DNA of 64,000 bases from assembly GCA_905612305.1 (NCBI GenBank), contig CAJQRK010000007.1:98660-162659 (forward strand), in the 5' to 3' direction. The notes beneath the pieces were generated by a model. The model did not search any database, had not been told where the DNA came from, and saw only the letters and a list, made by a program, of their open reading frames with translations. How positions within the stretch are numbered: the first letter of the stretch is position 1; the number at the start of each line of letters is the position of its first letter. Positions 9,576-22,548 of the stretch are shown here, piece by piece. The position numbers and the translations under genes are program-made. Source of the DNA: an uncultured Flavobacteriales bacterium (GTDB lineage Bacteria; Bacteroidota; Bacteroidia; Flavobacteriales; BACL11).

Positions 9576-10238
9576 TTAACAGTCATCACAACAATCTTTA
9601 TCATGCATCAATTTGCATGAATAAACAGCTAAAATAGCACCAAGAGTTGTTGCTAACACATACAGCCATAAATGTGTTAAGTCTCCAGAAAATATTGCTG
9701 GGCCAATTGATCTTGCTGGATTCATTGAAGCTCCGCAAATAGGCCCTGCAAAAGTAGCTTCAAAAGCCACTACACCTCCTATTGCCAATGCTGCTGTAAT
9801 TCCCTTTTCTTTAGCGCCAGTCGACACATTTAAAACTACAAACATTAAAATAAACGTAAGAATTAATTCCAGTATAAATGACTGTAACCAATTGTCATTT
9901 AAAGGTAGAGTTTGACCCATAGTTTCAGCTCCTGGAAACATAAAATACAAAGTTGCTGAAGCTAATATTGCTCCTAGAATCTGAAAAGAAACATAAGGGA
10001 ATATTTCATTTTTCGGAAGTCGTTTTGCTACAGCAAAAGCAATAGTGACTGCAGGATTAATATGAGCGCCTGAAACATCACCAATAGCATAAATCATTGC
10101 CATGACCACCAAGCCAAAAGTCAAGCCGATACCTAGATGGCTCACTCCCCCTCCAGTTACACTGTCAATTACGATAGCTCCCGCACCAACAAATACTAAT
10201 ATGTAAGTTCCTAATAATTCTGCCCAATATTTTTTCAT
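9576..10238 (-). CDS. MIP family channel (aquaporin, AqpM/NIP-like) with Cys-rich C-terminal tail
   Basis: Two NPA boxes (GAHINPAVT, GASMNPARS) and six predicted TM segments. Ends ...CKLMHDKDCCDDC. Confidence 0.9.
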   Translation of the reverse strand: MKKYWAELLGTYILVFVGAGAIVIDSVTGGGVSHLGIGLTFGLVVMAMIYAIGDVSGAHINPAVTIAFAVAKRLPKNEIFPYVSFQILGAILASATLYFMFPGAETMGQTLPLNDNWLQSFILELILTFILMFVVLNVSTGAKEKGITAALAIGGVVAFEATFAGPICGASMNPARSIGPAIFSGDLTHLWLYVLATTLGAILAVYSCKLMHDKDCCDDC

Positions 10239-10343
10239 ATTTTTAATTTTACGTTATTTAAGTATGTGTCAATATAATATATAAAAAATTACTTAGAGAA
10301 AAATACGCTCTCTTTTTTATAAACTAAAATTCAACTAGAAGAA

Positions 10344-12554
<2,211 letters not shown>

Positions 12555-12683
12555 TTATTTGTATTTATAGCAGAATATTCAATATTGTCATAAAATTTAT
12601 TTTATTCTGAGTTAATTGATTGTAAAAATATAATAATATTCAATTTGAAAAGAATTTATATAGCAATTAATTATTTTTGCACT

Positions 12684-13163
12684 ATGAAAATACCAAAGTT
12701 CGCCATCAAGTTTGTATTGAATATTTTTCCGCCACTGCTTTTTAATCGTATAGTATTAAAGGAAATTTCTGATGATTTTATGCAGATGAGAGTAATAATA
12801 AGAAGAGTGTTATTTAACATGAACTTTCATAAAACTATTTTTGGAGGAAGTATTTTCTCAGCTTGTGATCCTTATTTCCCAACTATGTATTATCACATAT
12901 TTGCAAACAAAAATCGTAAACTTATTATTTGGTTAAAATCTGCTGAAATACAATATTCACGCCCTGCTAATTCTTCTTTAGAATTACATTTCAAAATTAC
13001 AAAAGAGGATGTTTTAATTGCTGAAAAAACATTAGATGAAATAGGAAAATTCGAAGTTTGGCACACTGTTGAAGCTGTCAACAGAAAAGGAATAGTATGT
13101 GCTAAAGCAAAAATGCTAGTCTATTTAAGAGATGATAAAATGAAGAGGAAATTAGGCTTTTAG
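12684..13163 (+). CDS. Hotdog-fold (DUF4442/YiiD_C-like) thioesterase-like protein
   Basis: The track ORF starts at an alternative TTG (12645); the first ATG is 12684 (MKIPKFAIKF). FGGSIFSACDPYFPTMY resembles the hotdog core. Family call is weak. Confidence 0.45.
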   Translation: MKIPKFAIKFVLNIFPPLLFNRIVLKEISDDFMQMRVIIRRVLFNMNFHKTIFGGSIFSACDPYFPTMYYHIFANKNRKLIIWLKSAEIQYSRPANSSLELHFKITKEDVLIAEKTLDEIGKFEVWHTVEAVNRKGIVCAKAKMLVYLRDDKMKRKLGF

Positions 13164-13640
13164 ACTTTTGGTAATAAGCACAGTAGCATAAGCAGAAACT
13201 CCTTCTTCTCTGCCTATAAAACTCAGTTTTTCAGTAGTTGTAGCTTTTATAGAAACTAAATCGGTATTTACTCCCATACAAGAAGCTATTACTTTTTGCA
13301 TTTCAGAAATGTAAGGCCCTATTTTTGGAGTTTGCAAGCAAATAGTAGAATCAATATTACCTATTTCATAGCCTTTTTCTCGAATCAAAACCATTACTTC
13401 TTTTAGTAATATTTTACTATCTATTGCTTTATATTTAGAATCAGTATCTGGAAAGTGTTTCCCAATATCACCCAAGTTAGTGGCACCCAAAAGAGCATCA
13501 CAAATGCTGTGGATTAATACATCAGCATCAGAATGGCCTAAACCTCCTTTAGAATAAGGAACCTTTATCCCTCCAATCCAAAAATCTAAACCAGATTTTA
13601 ATTGATGAACATCAAATCCAAACCCTATTCTATAATTCAT
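13152..13640 (-). CDS. ispF: 2-C-methyl-D-erythritol 2,4-cyclodiphosphate synthase
   Basis: GFGFDVH and GHSDADVLIH metal-binding motifs; 162 aa. Confidence 0.95.
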   Translation of the reverse strand: MNYRIGFGFDVHQLKSGLDFWIGGIKVPYSKGGLGHSDADVLIHSICDALLGATNLGDIGKHFPDTDSKYKAIDSKILLKEVMVLIREKGYEIGNIDSTICLQTPKIGPYISEMQKVIASCMGVNTDLVSIKATTTEKLSFIGREEGVSAYATVLITKSLKA

Positions 13641-14823
13641 TTGATTTTATATCTTTCATTTCATCCATTGCACCAAAATCAAATACTAGTGTAAAGCGCA
13701 TAGTATTAGCCAAAGGATTATTACCGATAATAGTACGGCTAGCATTTATTAGATATGAAAAATCAAGTGCAAAAACATTATATTTTACTCCTGAACCAAA
13801 TGTGAAAAATTTTCTACCACCCTTAGTGTCATGCTCAAAAAAGTAACCTGCTCTTATTGCAAACTGATCAGCATACCAATATTCTGTACCAACAGAATAA
13901 TTAATCTCTCTCATTTCCTCACTAAACCCTCCAGGAGCATCCCCAAAAGATTGGAAAATTCCAGAAACGACTGAAACATCTGAGCTTTGTCCTAATTTAA
14001 TTTCTCCTTCATCAATAAGAGGAGGGGTCGGTACTAATAATTTATTAATATCAAATGCAAAAGACATTTTATTATAGTCATCAAACTCTGTACTTAATGC
14101 TGTACCTAATCTTAAATTTATGGGAATAAAATCACTGCCTACAGTTTCCATATAGGAGATTTTATTTCCAATATTTGAGATATTTCCTCCAATTGCTAGG
14201 TCAATATCTTTACCGCTTATTCTGATTGATCGAGCATAATACCCTGCAATATCAGCAGCTATGGACTGCCCCGCAACTGTAGGAATACCACCAGCTGCTT
14301 GCCCTCCTGTTAAATTAGAATAAATATATCTACCGGAAATAGCTAATGAAAATTTACGTGACAATTTACGTGAATAAGAGGTTCCTAATGCAAACTCATT
14401 AGGATTAAATTGTCCAATAGTCTCTCCATTTACATCTGTAAAAGTAATATTCCCTAAAGAAAAATAACGCAATTCCATAGCAATAACTTCTTTGTCATTA
14501 AGCTTTTTGTAACCCGCTAAATACGATAAATTGATATCCGGCACTAAAGCTCTTAGCCAAGGTACGTAAGATACTGCAAAACCCATATCATCATCCACAA
14601 AGGCGTATTTTGCAGGATTCCAATGCATTGAATTAGCATCTGGAGTTGTAGCAACTCCAACATCACCCATAGCACCTGCTTTTGAATCAGGTGAAATTAA
14701 TAAAAAAGGAACGGCAGTTGTAATAGTATTTAATCCTCCTGTTAATTCACTATAATCAATTTGAGAAAATGTGCTATTTAACATCAATAATGATGCACTA
14801 ATTATTCCTATTATCTTCTTCAT
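13630..14823 (-). CDS. porV: T9SS outer-membrane channel/shuttle protein PorV (LptO)
   Basis: 397-aa signal-peptide beta-barrel immediately downstream of porU, matching the conserved porU-porV-gldJ neighbourhood known from Flavobacterium johnsoniae. Confidence 0.75.
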   Translation of the reverse strand: MKKIIGIISASLLMLNSTFSQIDYSELTGGLNTITTAVPFLLISPDSKAGAMGDVGVATTPDANSMHWNPAKYAFVDDDMGFAVSYVPWLRALVPDINLSYLAGYKKLNDKEVIAMELRYFSLGNITFTDVNGETIGQFNPNEFALGTSYSRKLSRKFSLAISGRYIYSNLTGGQAAGGIPTVAGQSIAADIAGYYARSIRISGKDIDLAIGGNISNIGNKISYMETVGSDFIPINLRLGTALSTEFDDYNKMSFAFDINKLLVPTPPLIDEGEIKLGQSSDVSVVSGIFQSFGDAPGGFSEEMREINYSVGTEYWYADQFAIRAGYFFEHDTKGGRKFFTFGSGVKYNVFALDFSYLINASRTIIGNNPLANTMRFTLVFDFGAMDEMKDIKSNEL

Positions 14824-14879
14824 CTATTTAATTTAGTTTGCAAATATACTTCTTTTTTATGTGGTCTTTAACGGAATTA

Positions 14880-17800
14880 TTAAGGCAATAGTATAATCCG
14901 AATTGATTTTGAAATAAAATCACCATCCGAACTACTCACTGCTAATTTAGCAATGTACATTCCGGCACTAAGCCGCTCTCCATATTCATCTTTTCCGTCC
15001 CAATCTATGGGCCCTACAGCATAACCATTATCATAATACGTTTGCTGAAAACGCTTTACCAAAACCCCTGTAATTGAATAAATATCTAACACAACATCTA
15101 AATCCTGATTTGCTTTATTGTGCTGAAAATAAATAGCTGTTGAAGCAGAAAAAGGATTAGGGTGAGTTGAATAATCTGCAATTACAAAACTATTATCATC
15201 AGCAACTACAAAAGTAATCTCTCCCTCCGAAGAGTTATTAAATACATCCCATACTTTTACGCTAATTGTGTGCTCTCCTTTTTCCAAATTACTAAAAGGA
15301 AAGCTTATACTTCCTTTTTTATAATCATCTTTTTTTGCCTCATAATATTCATTAATCACAAAAGGCAAATGAGTAGCTCCATCCAATACGGCTACTATAT
15401 CATGCCCAATACCATTTCCAACGGTATTTATTCCACTAAAATCTTCAATATCAACCAACAATACCGGATTTTTATCTGTTATGCCTCCATTTAAAAATTG
15501 ACGAGTATTCATGAATAATTTCAAGTTAGCACCATCATAATCATAAACGATATCATCAGCTGTCCCACCAATAACAAAACCTACATCACTTCCTCCTGCA
15601 TCTATTGGATTTTCATCATCCGAAACAGCATAATAGGATATTTTTCCGGCACCATAATTATAAGCAATGTCTTTTGGCACTACAAATGAGAAGGAAAATT
15701 CTCCATCATTAACAGTTGCAGCCCCCTTGTATAATATATTGCTCTGATCACGATATGGCATAGGCGTACACGATTCTTGGCCCAAAGTAGTTCTTATAAT
15801 TTCTTTATCATATACAGTTGGGAAGATGGTTCCACTAAAAGCATCTAGAACACCATTAGCGTCTACTATTTTCCCTTCAATAGTTACTTCTCCCAAAGCT
15901 TTTAAAGTATCTGAAATACTAGTAGTTTCTACATCATATTTTGGATAAGTTAAACAAAGAGCAGGATCACCTAACAAAGTAAAATTTCTATTATTTGCTG
16001 AAGTTCCACTCAATACTTTGGTTTTCTTAAATATATCACCTAACCTTGGAAATTCTCCATTTTCTTTTTCAAATACTGTGTTTATAAATTTGGTATTCAA
16101 ATTATAATTAGGAGCAGAGTATACCAAACGAGTAGTACTCAATAAAGCAATTGCCCCTCCATTAGGGTTTAGTAATAAGTATTCGCCTGGAGAGGTTTGT
16201 TCCGGATTATCAAAATAAGAGAATTTGCAAGTAGCTGTCATAAAAAGAGGTAAATTAGAACTATTGTCCCAAGATTGTATTTGATCAAGCTCCAATATCC
16301 TTTCCTGTGTCCAGCCCAATGGCCCTCCGTGACCTGTATAATTAATTAGCAGAGCTCCTTTATCCACTATGGTGTTAATTGCATTTTGAGCCGCCTCACT
16401 CCTAGGACCTCCTGGAGTAGATTCTTGTAAATAATTATCCAGATAAATCTTATTAATATTAATATCTTGATAATTATCTGCAACTATATTTGCCAAACTA
16501 TCAGCCTGCCACATATGTGTATTTCCATCTCCTCCATCTCCATCATCTGCAACAAAAGCAATATCATTTCTCCAACTACCAAACGATTCTTTAGCATAAT
16601 ATTGCTCCACTTTATCTACCAAAATATTCGCTTGAGCTAAAGTAGATACAGGAAATCTTCCTACTCCAATATCTACCAAGTCATTTGAGAACAAACCCTC
16701 ATTATCATCTAACAAAGCAAAATAATCATCAGTAACATAGGAGAGCGTTGGATGTGTAGAATTCTCGGATTGAAAAGTAGGGATATAGTTAGTATTATTA
16801 GCAATTCTATCTTTTGGATCATAGGAACCGTCTCCAAAAAGCAAAACATATTTCAGTTTTGAATTTGGTCTTTTATATAGCATTCTTAAGAAATCACGAA
16901 TAGCACTTACGTCTTGTACTCCTGAAGAAAATTCATTATAAATTTGTTGAGGAGTTACAATTACTGATTTTAAATTATCTTGTGTTGTATGAAATGCTGC
17001 TAAGCGCTCAGCTGCACTCAAAAAATTAGGATGAGATACAATTACATATTCGACATCAGAAGGCGTATTATGTAAATCTTGATTACTAACACTTCCTTTT
17101 AAAATTGGAGTTAAATAAGAACTACCATTAAAAGCAAGATATTCATGTAGCTCATTAATTGAATCATTAAAAGAAAGCACTCCATTATTAAATAAAGTAG
17201 GAAGTTCAGTAATTGCTGTAGTATTACTTACATCCCAAATAGAAATTGAGGATGTGGCATTTTCCAATTGATAAGTAGCAATTTCATTAATCATTAGCTC
17301 AGTATCCCTAAAAAGCATTGCAGAACCACTCATTTTTAATGCTCTTCTTGCATTAATTTCAATATAATTTAACCAAGCGGAAGCTCCATTATCTGAAGAG
17401 CTATAATCAATTGTAATTGTGATGTTTGATGAGGACGCATTATAATTTGTTGTTTTTGAAGCATTTTTGGCATATTCTGTAGCATAAGCAGTTACAATAT
17501 TATTTACACTAATAGCATTTAATGGAGCAGAATTAGCGCTAACTGTAAATACAGAAGGCACTAATGAGCGAGCCACAACAGCTGTTTTTATACTTAAAGG
17601 GCTAAATTGATCCAAATTTGGAAAATTAAAATCAAAAGATTGATTATTTTGAATGTCAAATCGTTCTCCAAACCATTCTTTTCCGGAATGAATTAAATTT
17701 TCATTTTCAGCCTCATGAAAAGAAAATGCATTAAATGACGTCACTGTTTTTGTAGCATTTTGAAAGGCTTGTTTTGCCTCCACCCTCTTTCCATCATTCT

Positions 17801-18239
17801 GATTATCAACTACTAAAAAATAATTTACCTCATCAGCAAACAAATGTGTTTGGTGGGTAAATAAACCGTTTGAAGCATCATAATTCCAAATATGGGGAGA
17901 TTCTCCATAAAACAAAATATAGTCAGAACTTTCAAAAACACCATTACTATTAGCATCATAAATTTTTATGGCATTTTCAACCAAATCATCATGCCTAAAA
18001 TCTGAGTTTAATTTAGGTAACATCCCACCACCATTTCCATACAATTTTAAAGCCGAAATTTGCAAATCATTCATATTAACACCTAAAGACTCTATACTAG
18101 AGTAGTAAAGCTTATAAATACCAGATTTATTAGTAGCTATTTTATACCAATTACCTTGCGCTAATACAGAGCTATACTGTCCATAAATATTAGCTATAAA
18201 AAGCATGAAAATTAAAGAAAAAAGAAATGGTTTTTTCAT
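14880..18239 (-). CDS. porU: T9SS C-terminal signal peptidase/sortase PorU (peptidase C25-like)
   Basis: ~1119 aa from ATG 18239 (MKKPFLFSLIFML); the track start 18260 is further upstream. Gingipain-like core (YVLLFGDGSYDP, YTGHGGPLGW). Own C-terminal tail HPNPF...GMYIAKLAV. Adjacent to porV. Confidence 0.8.
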   Translation of the reverse strand: MKKPFLFSLIFMLFIANIYGQYSSVLAQGNWYKIATNKSGIYKLYYSSIESLGVNMNDLQISALKLYGNGGGMLPKLNSDFRHDDLVENAIKIYDANSNGVFESSDYILFYGESPHIWNYDASNGLFTHQTHLFADEVNYFLVVDNQNDGKRVEAKQAFQNATKTVTSFNAFSFHEAENENLIHSGKEWFGERFDIQNNQSFDFNFPNLDQFSPLSIKTAVVARSLVPSVFTVSANSAPLNAISVNNIVTAYATEYAKNASKTTNYNASSSNITITIDYSSSDNGASAWLNYIEINARRALKMSGSAMLFRDTELMINEIATYQLENATSSISIWDVSNTTAITELPTLFNNGVLSFNDSINELHEYLAFNGSSYLTPILKGSVSNQDLHNTPSDVEYVIVSHPNFLSAAERLAAFHTTQDNLKSVIVTPQQIYNEFSSGVQDVSAIRDFLRMLYKRPNSKLKYVLLFGDGSYDPKDRIANNTNYIPTFQSENSTHPTLSYVTDDYFALLDDNEGLFSNDLVDIGVGRFPVSTLAQANILVDKVEQYYAKESFGSWRNDIAFVADDGDGGDGNTHMWQADSLANIVADNYQDININKIYLDNYLQESTPGGPRSEAAQNAINTIVDKGALLINYTGHGGPLGWTQERILELDQIQSWDNSSNLPLFMTATCKFSYFDNPEQTSPGEYLLLNPNGGAIALLSTTRLVYSAPNYNLNTKFINTVFEKENGEFPRLGDIFKKTKVLSGTSANNRNFTLLGDPALCLTYPKYDVETTSISDTLKALGEVTIEGKIVDANGVLDAFSGTIFPTVYDKEIIRTTLGQESCTPMPYRDQSNILYKGAATVNDGEFSFSFVVPKDIAYNYGAGKISYYAVSDDENPIDAGGSDVGFVIGGTADDIVYDYDGANLKLFMNTRQFLNGGITDKNPVLLVDIEDFSGINTVGNGIGHDIVAVLDGATHLPFVINEYYEAKKDDYKKGSISFPFSNLEKGEHTISVKVWDVFNNSSEGEITFVVADDNSFVIADYSTHPNPFSASTAIYFQHNKANQDLDVVLDIYSITGVLVKRFQQTYYDNGYAVGPIDWDGKDEYGERLSAGMYIAKLAVSSSDGDFISKSIRIILLP

Positions 18240-18381
18240 TGTTGCAAAGTTAAGTATCATTTTAAAAACACTGTTAAAACGCGTAAAAAATGTAATTATT
18301 ATATAATTTATCTACTAGCAAAAGTAGATAATAAATAATTTGTTTATTTTTGTGAAATTGAAATTAAGAAAACCCTCTTTT

Positions 18382-19371
18382 ATGTTAAATAACTTTTCCA
18401 AGATTTTTATTGCCATAGCAGCTTGTATTTTAATTAGTAATGATGCCAATGCACAAGATCCTGCTTTTAGTCAATTTTATGCTAATCCTTTATACTTAAA
18501 CCCTGCTTTTGCAGGCACAACTCCTAAAGGATGTCCAAGAGCAAATTTAAATTATAGAGATCAATGGCCAGGCATTGGAAGAACATACGTAACCACATCT
18601 GCTTCATGGGATCAACACATTAATGCAATTGGTGGCGGGCTAGGTATTCTTGTTGTAAATGATAGAGCTGGATCAGGTCACTTAAACACAAGCCATGCTT
18701 CATTATTATATTCTTATCATTTAGAAGTAAATAGAGGATTCTCTGTAAAAGCTGGTTTTGAAGCTTCATATAGAATGATTAAATTAGATTGGACTGATTT
18801 AACTTTTGGAGATATGATAGATGCTCAATATGGTTTTATATATCCAACACAAGAAGATATAGCTAATAACAAAACAACAGTTAGTTATCCTGATTTTTCT
18901 ACAGGTATTTTGGGGTACTCTAAGAATTTCTTTTTTGGTTTTGCTGCACACCACCTAACTCAGCCAAATCAAGGATTCATTAGCGTAAGTGAATTGCCAA
19001 GAAAAATAACTGCGCATGTAGGTGGTAATATCGCGCTAAACAAGTTTAGTCGTAATTCAACAACTATCTCTCCTAACTTCATGTATCAAAAACAGCAAGA
19101 TTTTCAACAATTCAATTATGGGGTGTATGTAAATAGAGGTCCAATGGTTGGAGGATTATGGATGCGTAATAGTTTAAAAAATATTGATTCATTTATTCTT
19201 ATGGTAGGCCTAATTCAAGAAACATTTAAATTTGGGTATAGTTACGACATTACAGTAAGTAATTTGAAAAACAGCAATACACTAGGTGCGCATGAATTAT
19301 CATTTACGCTTTTCATGCCATGTAGATCAAAAAATAAATCATACAATACAATTAGTTGTCCGCAATTTTAG
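18382..19371 (+). CDS. PorP/SprF family T9SS membrane protein
   Basis: The first ATG, 18382, is taken here as the start (the track uses TTG 18340). The mature N-terminus AQDPAFSQFYANPLYLNPAFAG is the PorP/SprF hallmark. Confidence 0.8.
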   Translation: MLNNFSKIFIAIAACILISNDANAQDPAFSQFYANPLYLNPAFAGTTPKGCPRANLNYRDQWPGIGRTYVTTSASWDQHINAIGGGLGILVVNDRAGSGHLNTSHASLLYSYHLEVNRGFSVKAGFEASYRMIKLDWTDLTFGDMIDAQYGFIYPTQEDIANNKTTVSYPDFSTGILGYSKNFFFGFAAHHLTQPNQGFISVSELPRKITAHVGGNIALNKFSRNSTTISPNFMYQKQQDFQQFNYGVYVNRGPMVGGLWMRNSLKNIDSFILMVGLIQETFKFGYSYDITVSNLKNSNTLGAHELSFTLFMPCRSKNKSYNTISCPQF

Positions 19372-19406
19372 TTTAGATAATTATTAATCTTTATAATACA
19401 TCAATA

Positions 19407-21119
19407 ATGAAAAAAAATCAAATAATTTTAATAACGAGTAGTTTATTACTATTCTTTTCTTGTGTTGAAAAGAACTCTGTTAAATTTAATCATACTGGTT
19501 CACACGGAAGGTCTTCATCCACTGGATGGGAGTATAATAACCCAAGGAATGGTGGTTTTGAAGATAATTGGAATAATAAATTTCAAGAGCAAGCTACGGG
19601 TCCTGGTCTTCTATTTATAGAGGGAGGCTCATTCACCATGGGAAGAGTGGAAGAGGATGTAATGTACGAATGGAATAATGTTCCAAGGACAGTTTCTGTA
19701 TCTTCATTCTACATGGATGAAACTGAAGTAAGCAATATAGATTATTTAGAATATCTATATTGGCTTAAACGAGTTTATTCAAAACCAGATGAAGGGGAAG
19801 ATTGGATATATGAGAAAGCACTACCAGATACATTAGTGTGGAGAGATAGATTGGGATATAATGAGCCTTATGTGAATAATTATTTAAGGTATCCTGCTTA
19901 CCACAACTATCCTGTTGTTGGAGTGAGTTGGGTGCAAGCTACTAATTATTGCAAATGGAGAACAGACAGGGTAAATGAACAAATATTAATTGATGCATGC
20001 ATACTAACAGAAGATGTTATAAATAGAACAGAAGACCAAGCTTTTAGCACTGAAGCTTACTTATTAAATCCAGATGGACTCTTTGATCCTACTGATGAAA
20101 ATTACCATATTAATCCACCGAAAGATTTAAGCGGTTGGGCAAGAGATGAAAAAAATAAAGTGAGAACTGTAAGGCGACATGATGGTCTACTTTTACCTCC
20201 TTATAGATTACCAACTGAAGCAGAATGGGAGTTTGCAGCTTTAGGTTATATAGGAAATACCCAAGAAGAAAATACTAGTAATCGAAAATTATACCCATGG
20301 AATGGGTCTTCATTAAGAAATGGTCATAAAAAACATCAAGGAGAAATAATGGCTAATTTTAAAAAAGGCAGAGGGGATAATATGGGAGTCGCTGGTAGTC
20401 TGAATGATCAAGCTGATATTACTACTACTGTCCGTTCTTATTGGCCAAATGACTATGGTTTATATAATATGGCAGGAAATGTGTCGGAATGGGTAATGGA
20501 TGTGTACAGGGCGGAGATTGAGCAAACTTCCACAGCAGATCATAGAAAATTTAGAGGAAATGTATATGAAACAACTAAACTTGAAGACAACATACCTATG
20601 ATTGATAGTTTGGGTAGAATAATTACGGAGGAAGTTAATGTAGAGGATAATATTTACAGAAGAAACTATAAGAAATCTGATAATATTAATTATCTTGATG
20701 GAGACATTGAATCTCAAATGGGAATTGATTGGAATAATTATCTTGAAGAAACAATGGAAGCTGATACTTCAAGTGTTGCAATTGATAAATGGAATTCAAC
20801 AAAATATGGCCAATCAAAAGGACAAAATCGTTCAAAATATAAAGATAATACTAGAACAGGAAATAGTAATGAAATGTACGCTTATGGTGAAGCTTCGCTT
20901 ATCACCGATAGAACTCGTGTATTTAAAGGTGGTTCTTGGAAAGATAGAGCATATTGGTTAAATCCTGGCTCTAGAAGATTCCTAGATGAAGACCAAGCAA
21001 CTGATGCGATTGGATTTAGATGTGTAATGGATAGATTGGGCTCACAAACATCAACACAAAAACAAAATCAAAGAGGAAAGACAGATTTTGGAAGAAAAGG
21101 AAAGAAAGGAAAGAAATAA
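19407..21119 (+). CDS. gldJ: Gliding-motility/T9SS lipoprotein GldJ (FGE/SUMF1-like fold)
   Basis: Lipoprotein signal LLLFFSCVE. Sulfatase-modifying-factor-like blocks (FYMDETEVSN, PVVGVSWVQA, RLPTEAEWEFAA, GNVSEWVMD, GFRCV). Located next to porU/porV and murF. Confidence 0.8.
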   Translation: MKKNQIILITSSLLLFFSCVEKNSVKFNHTGSHGRSSSTGWEYNNPRNGGFEDNWNNKFQEQATGPGLLFIEGGSFTMGRVEEDVMYEWNNVPRTVSVSSFYMDETEVSNIDYLEYLYWLKRVYSKPDEGEDWIYEKALPDTLVWRDRLGYNEPYVNNYLRYPAYHNYPVVGVSWVQATNYCKWRTDRVNEQILIDACILTEDVINRTEDQAFSTEAYLLNPDGLFDPTDENYHINPPKDLSGWARDEKNKVRTVRRHDGLLLPPYRLPTEAEWEFAALGYIGNTQEENTSNRKLYPWNGSSLRNGHKKHQGEIMANFKKGRGDNMGVAGSLNDQADITTTVRSYWPNDYGLYNMAGNVSEWVMDVYRAEIEQTSTADHRKFRGNVYETTKLEDNIPMIDSLGRIITEEVNVEDNIYRRNYKKSDNINYLDGDIESQMGIDWNNYLEETMEADTSSVAIDKWNSTKYGQSKGQNRSKYKDNTRTGNSNEMYAYGEASLITDRTRVFKGGSWKDRAYWLNPGSRRFLDEDQATDAIGFRCVMDRLGSQTSTQKQNQRGKTDFGRKGKKGKK

Positions 21120-21148
21120 AGAATGCAAGTACTGTCTAATAATATTTT

Positions 21149-21184
21149 AAAAACAAAACCCCATAATATGGGGTTTTGTTTTTT
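21149..21184 (+). terminator. Rho-independent terminator after gldJ
   Basis: AAAAACAAAACCCCA-TAATA-TGGGGTTTTGTTTTT perfect hairpin with a T-run. It overlaps the ORF-track murF start (21176), which argues for the ATG at 21191. Confidence 0.75.
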
Positions 21185-21190
21185 AATACC

Positions 21191-22447
21191 ATGAATATTT
21201 CTGATTTATATTCAATTTTCAAAAGATATCCTTTCATCTGTACAGATACCAGAAAGATAACTAAAGGAAGTATTTTCTTTGCTTTAAAGGGAGAAAACTT
21301 TAATGGAAATAAATTTGCTGAAAAAGCCATTAATGAGGGCTGTGCTTATGCTATTATTGATGAAGAAGATTTTTGTAAAAACAAAAACCTCATCTTAGTT
21401 GAAAATGCTTTAGTCTGCTTACAAAAACTTGCAAAATACCACAGAGAACAACTCTCTATTCCTATAATTGGAATTACTGGAACTAACGGCAAAACTACTT
21501 CCAAAGAACTTATTCATGCTGTCCTAAAGTCAGGAATGAATTGTTTTGCTACAAAAGGAAATCTTAACAATCATATTGGTGTTCCTTTAAGCATTCTTGA
21601 AATGACAAAAAGCACTGAAATTGGAATTATTGAGATGGGAGCAAATCATCAGTATGAAATTGAATTCTTATGCAATATTGTTCAGCCCACGCATGCGGTA
21701 ATTACAAATCTTGGGTTGGCACACCTTAATGGATTTGGCGATTTACAAGGAGTGATTGACACTAAAAATGAACTTTACAAATATATCTCTAAAACTAAAG
21801 GACATGCATTTGTAAATAGTGCTGATGATATGTTACTAAAACTCTCAGCAGGAATAAAACGTACCACATATGGAAAAAAAGGCGTAATTAACGCTATAAT
21901 TTCAAATACAACTCCTTTTATTAGTATTAACTATAAAAACGAATTAATCAAAAGCAAATTGATAGGAAATTATCAATTTGACAATATGATACTCTCAATA
22001 TGTATTGGCAATCATTTTAACATCTCTTTACAAAATATTAAACATGCTATTGAAAAGTATGCTCCAGAAAACAATCGCTCTCAAATAATAGAAACTTCAA
22101 ATAATAAGCTAATTTTAGATGCCTACAATGCAAACCCATCAAGCATGGAAGCAATGTTATATTCATTTGCTGAACAAGAATATACAAATAAGATATGCAT
22201 ACTAGGAGATATGTTAGAATTAGGATCCCATTCTGCACATGAGCATCAAAAGATTTTTAACTTATGTGGAAAATTAAATCTTCAATGTTACTTTATTGGA
22301 GCGGAGTTTAATAAAATAATCAATAAAGCATTTATTAGTAAAAACTCTTTTGAGCAATATTTAAAGAATAATCCTATTGCTAACAAAACGATTCTACTAA
22401 AAGGATCAAGGGGTGTAGAACTAGAAAAATTAATTACATTATTATAG
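21191..22447 (+). CDS. murF: UDP-N-acetylmuramoyl-tripeptide--D-alanyl-D-alanine ligase
   Basis: Mur ligase P-loop GITGTNGKTT and DAYNANPSSM C-terminal domain motif. Confidence 0.9.
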   Translation: MNISDLYSIFKRYPFICTDTRKITKGSIFFALKGENFNGNKFAEKAINEGCAYAIIDEEDFCKNKNLILVENALVCLQKLAKYHREQLSIPIIGITGTNGKTTSKELIHAVLKSGMNCFATKGNLNNHIGVPLSILEMTKSTEIGIIEMGANHQYEIEFLCNIVQPTHAVITNLGLAHLNGFGDLQGVIDTKNELYKYISKTKGHAFVNSADDMLLKLSAGIKRTTYGKKGVINAIISNTTPFISINYKNELIKSKLIGNYQFDNMILSICIGNHFNISLQNIKHAIEKYAPENNRSQIIETSNNKLILDAYNANPSSMEAMLYSFAEQEYTNKICILGDMLELGSHSAHEHQKIFNLCGKLNLQCYFIGAEFNKIINKAFISKNSFEQYLKNNPIANKTILLKGSRGVELEKLITLL

Positions 22448-22548
22448 AGAGCAACTCTTCATATATAAATAAAATATCTATATAAAAATCACTTAGCTAA
22501 TAATATAGATTATTTTCTTTACTTTTGTAAAATTAAAATAACGATTCA

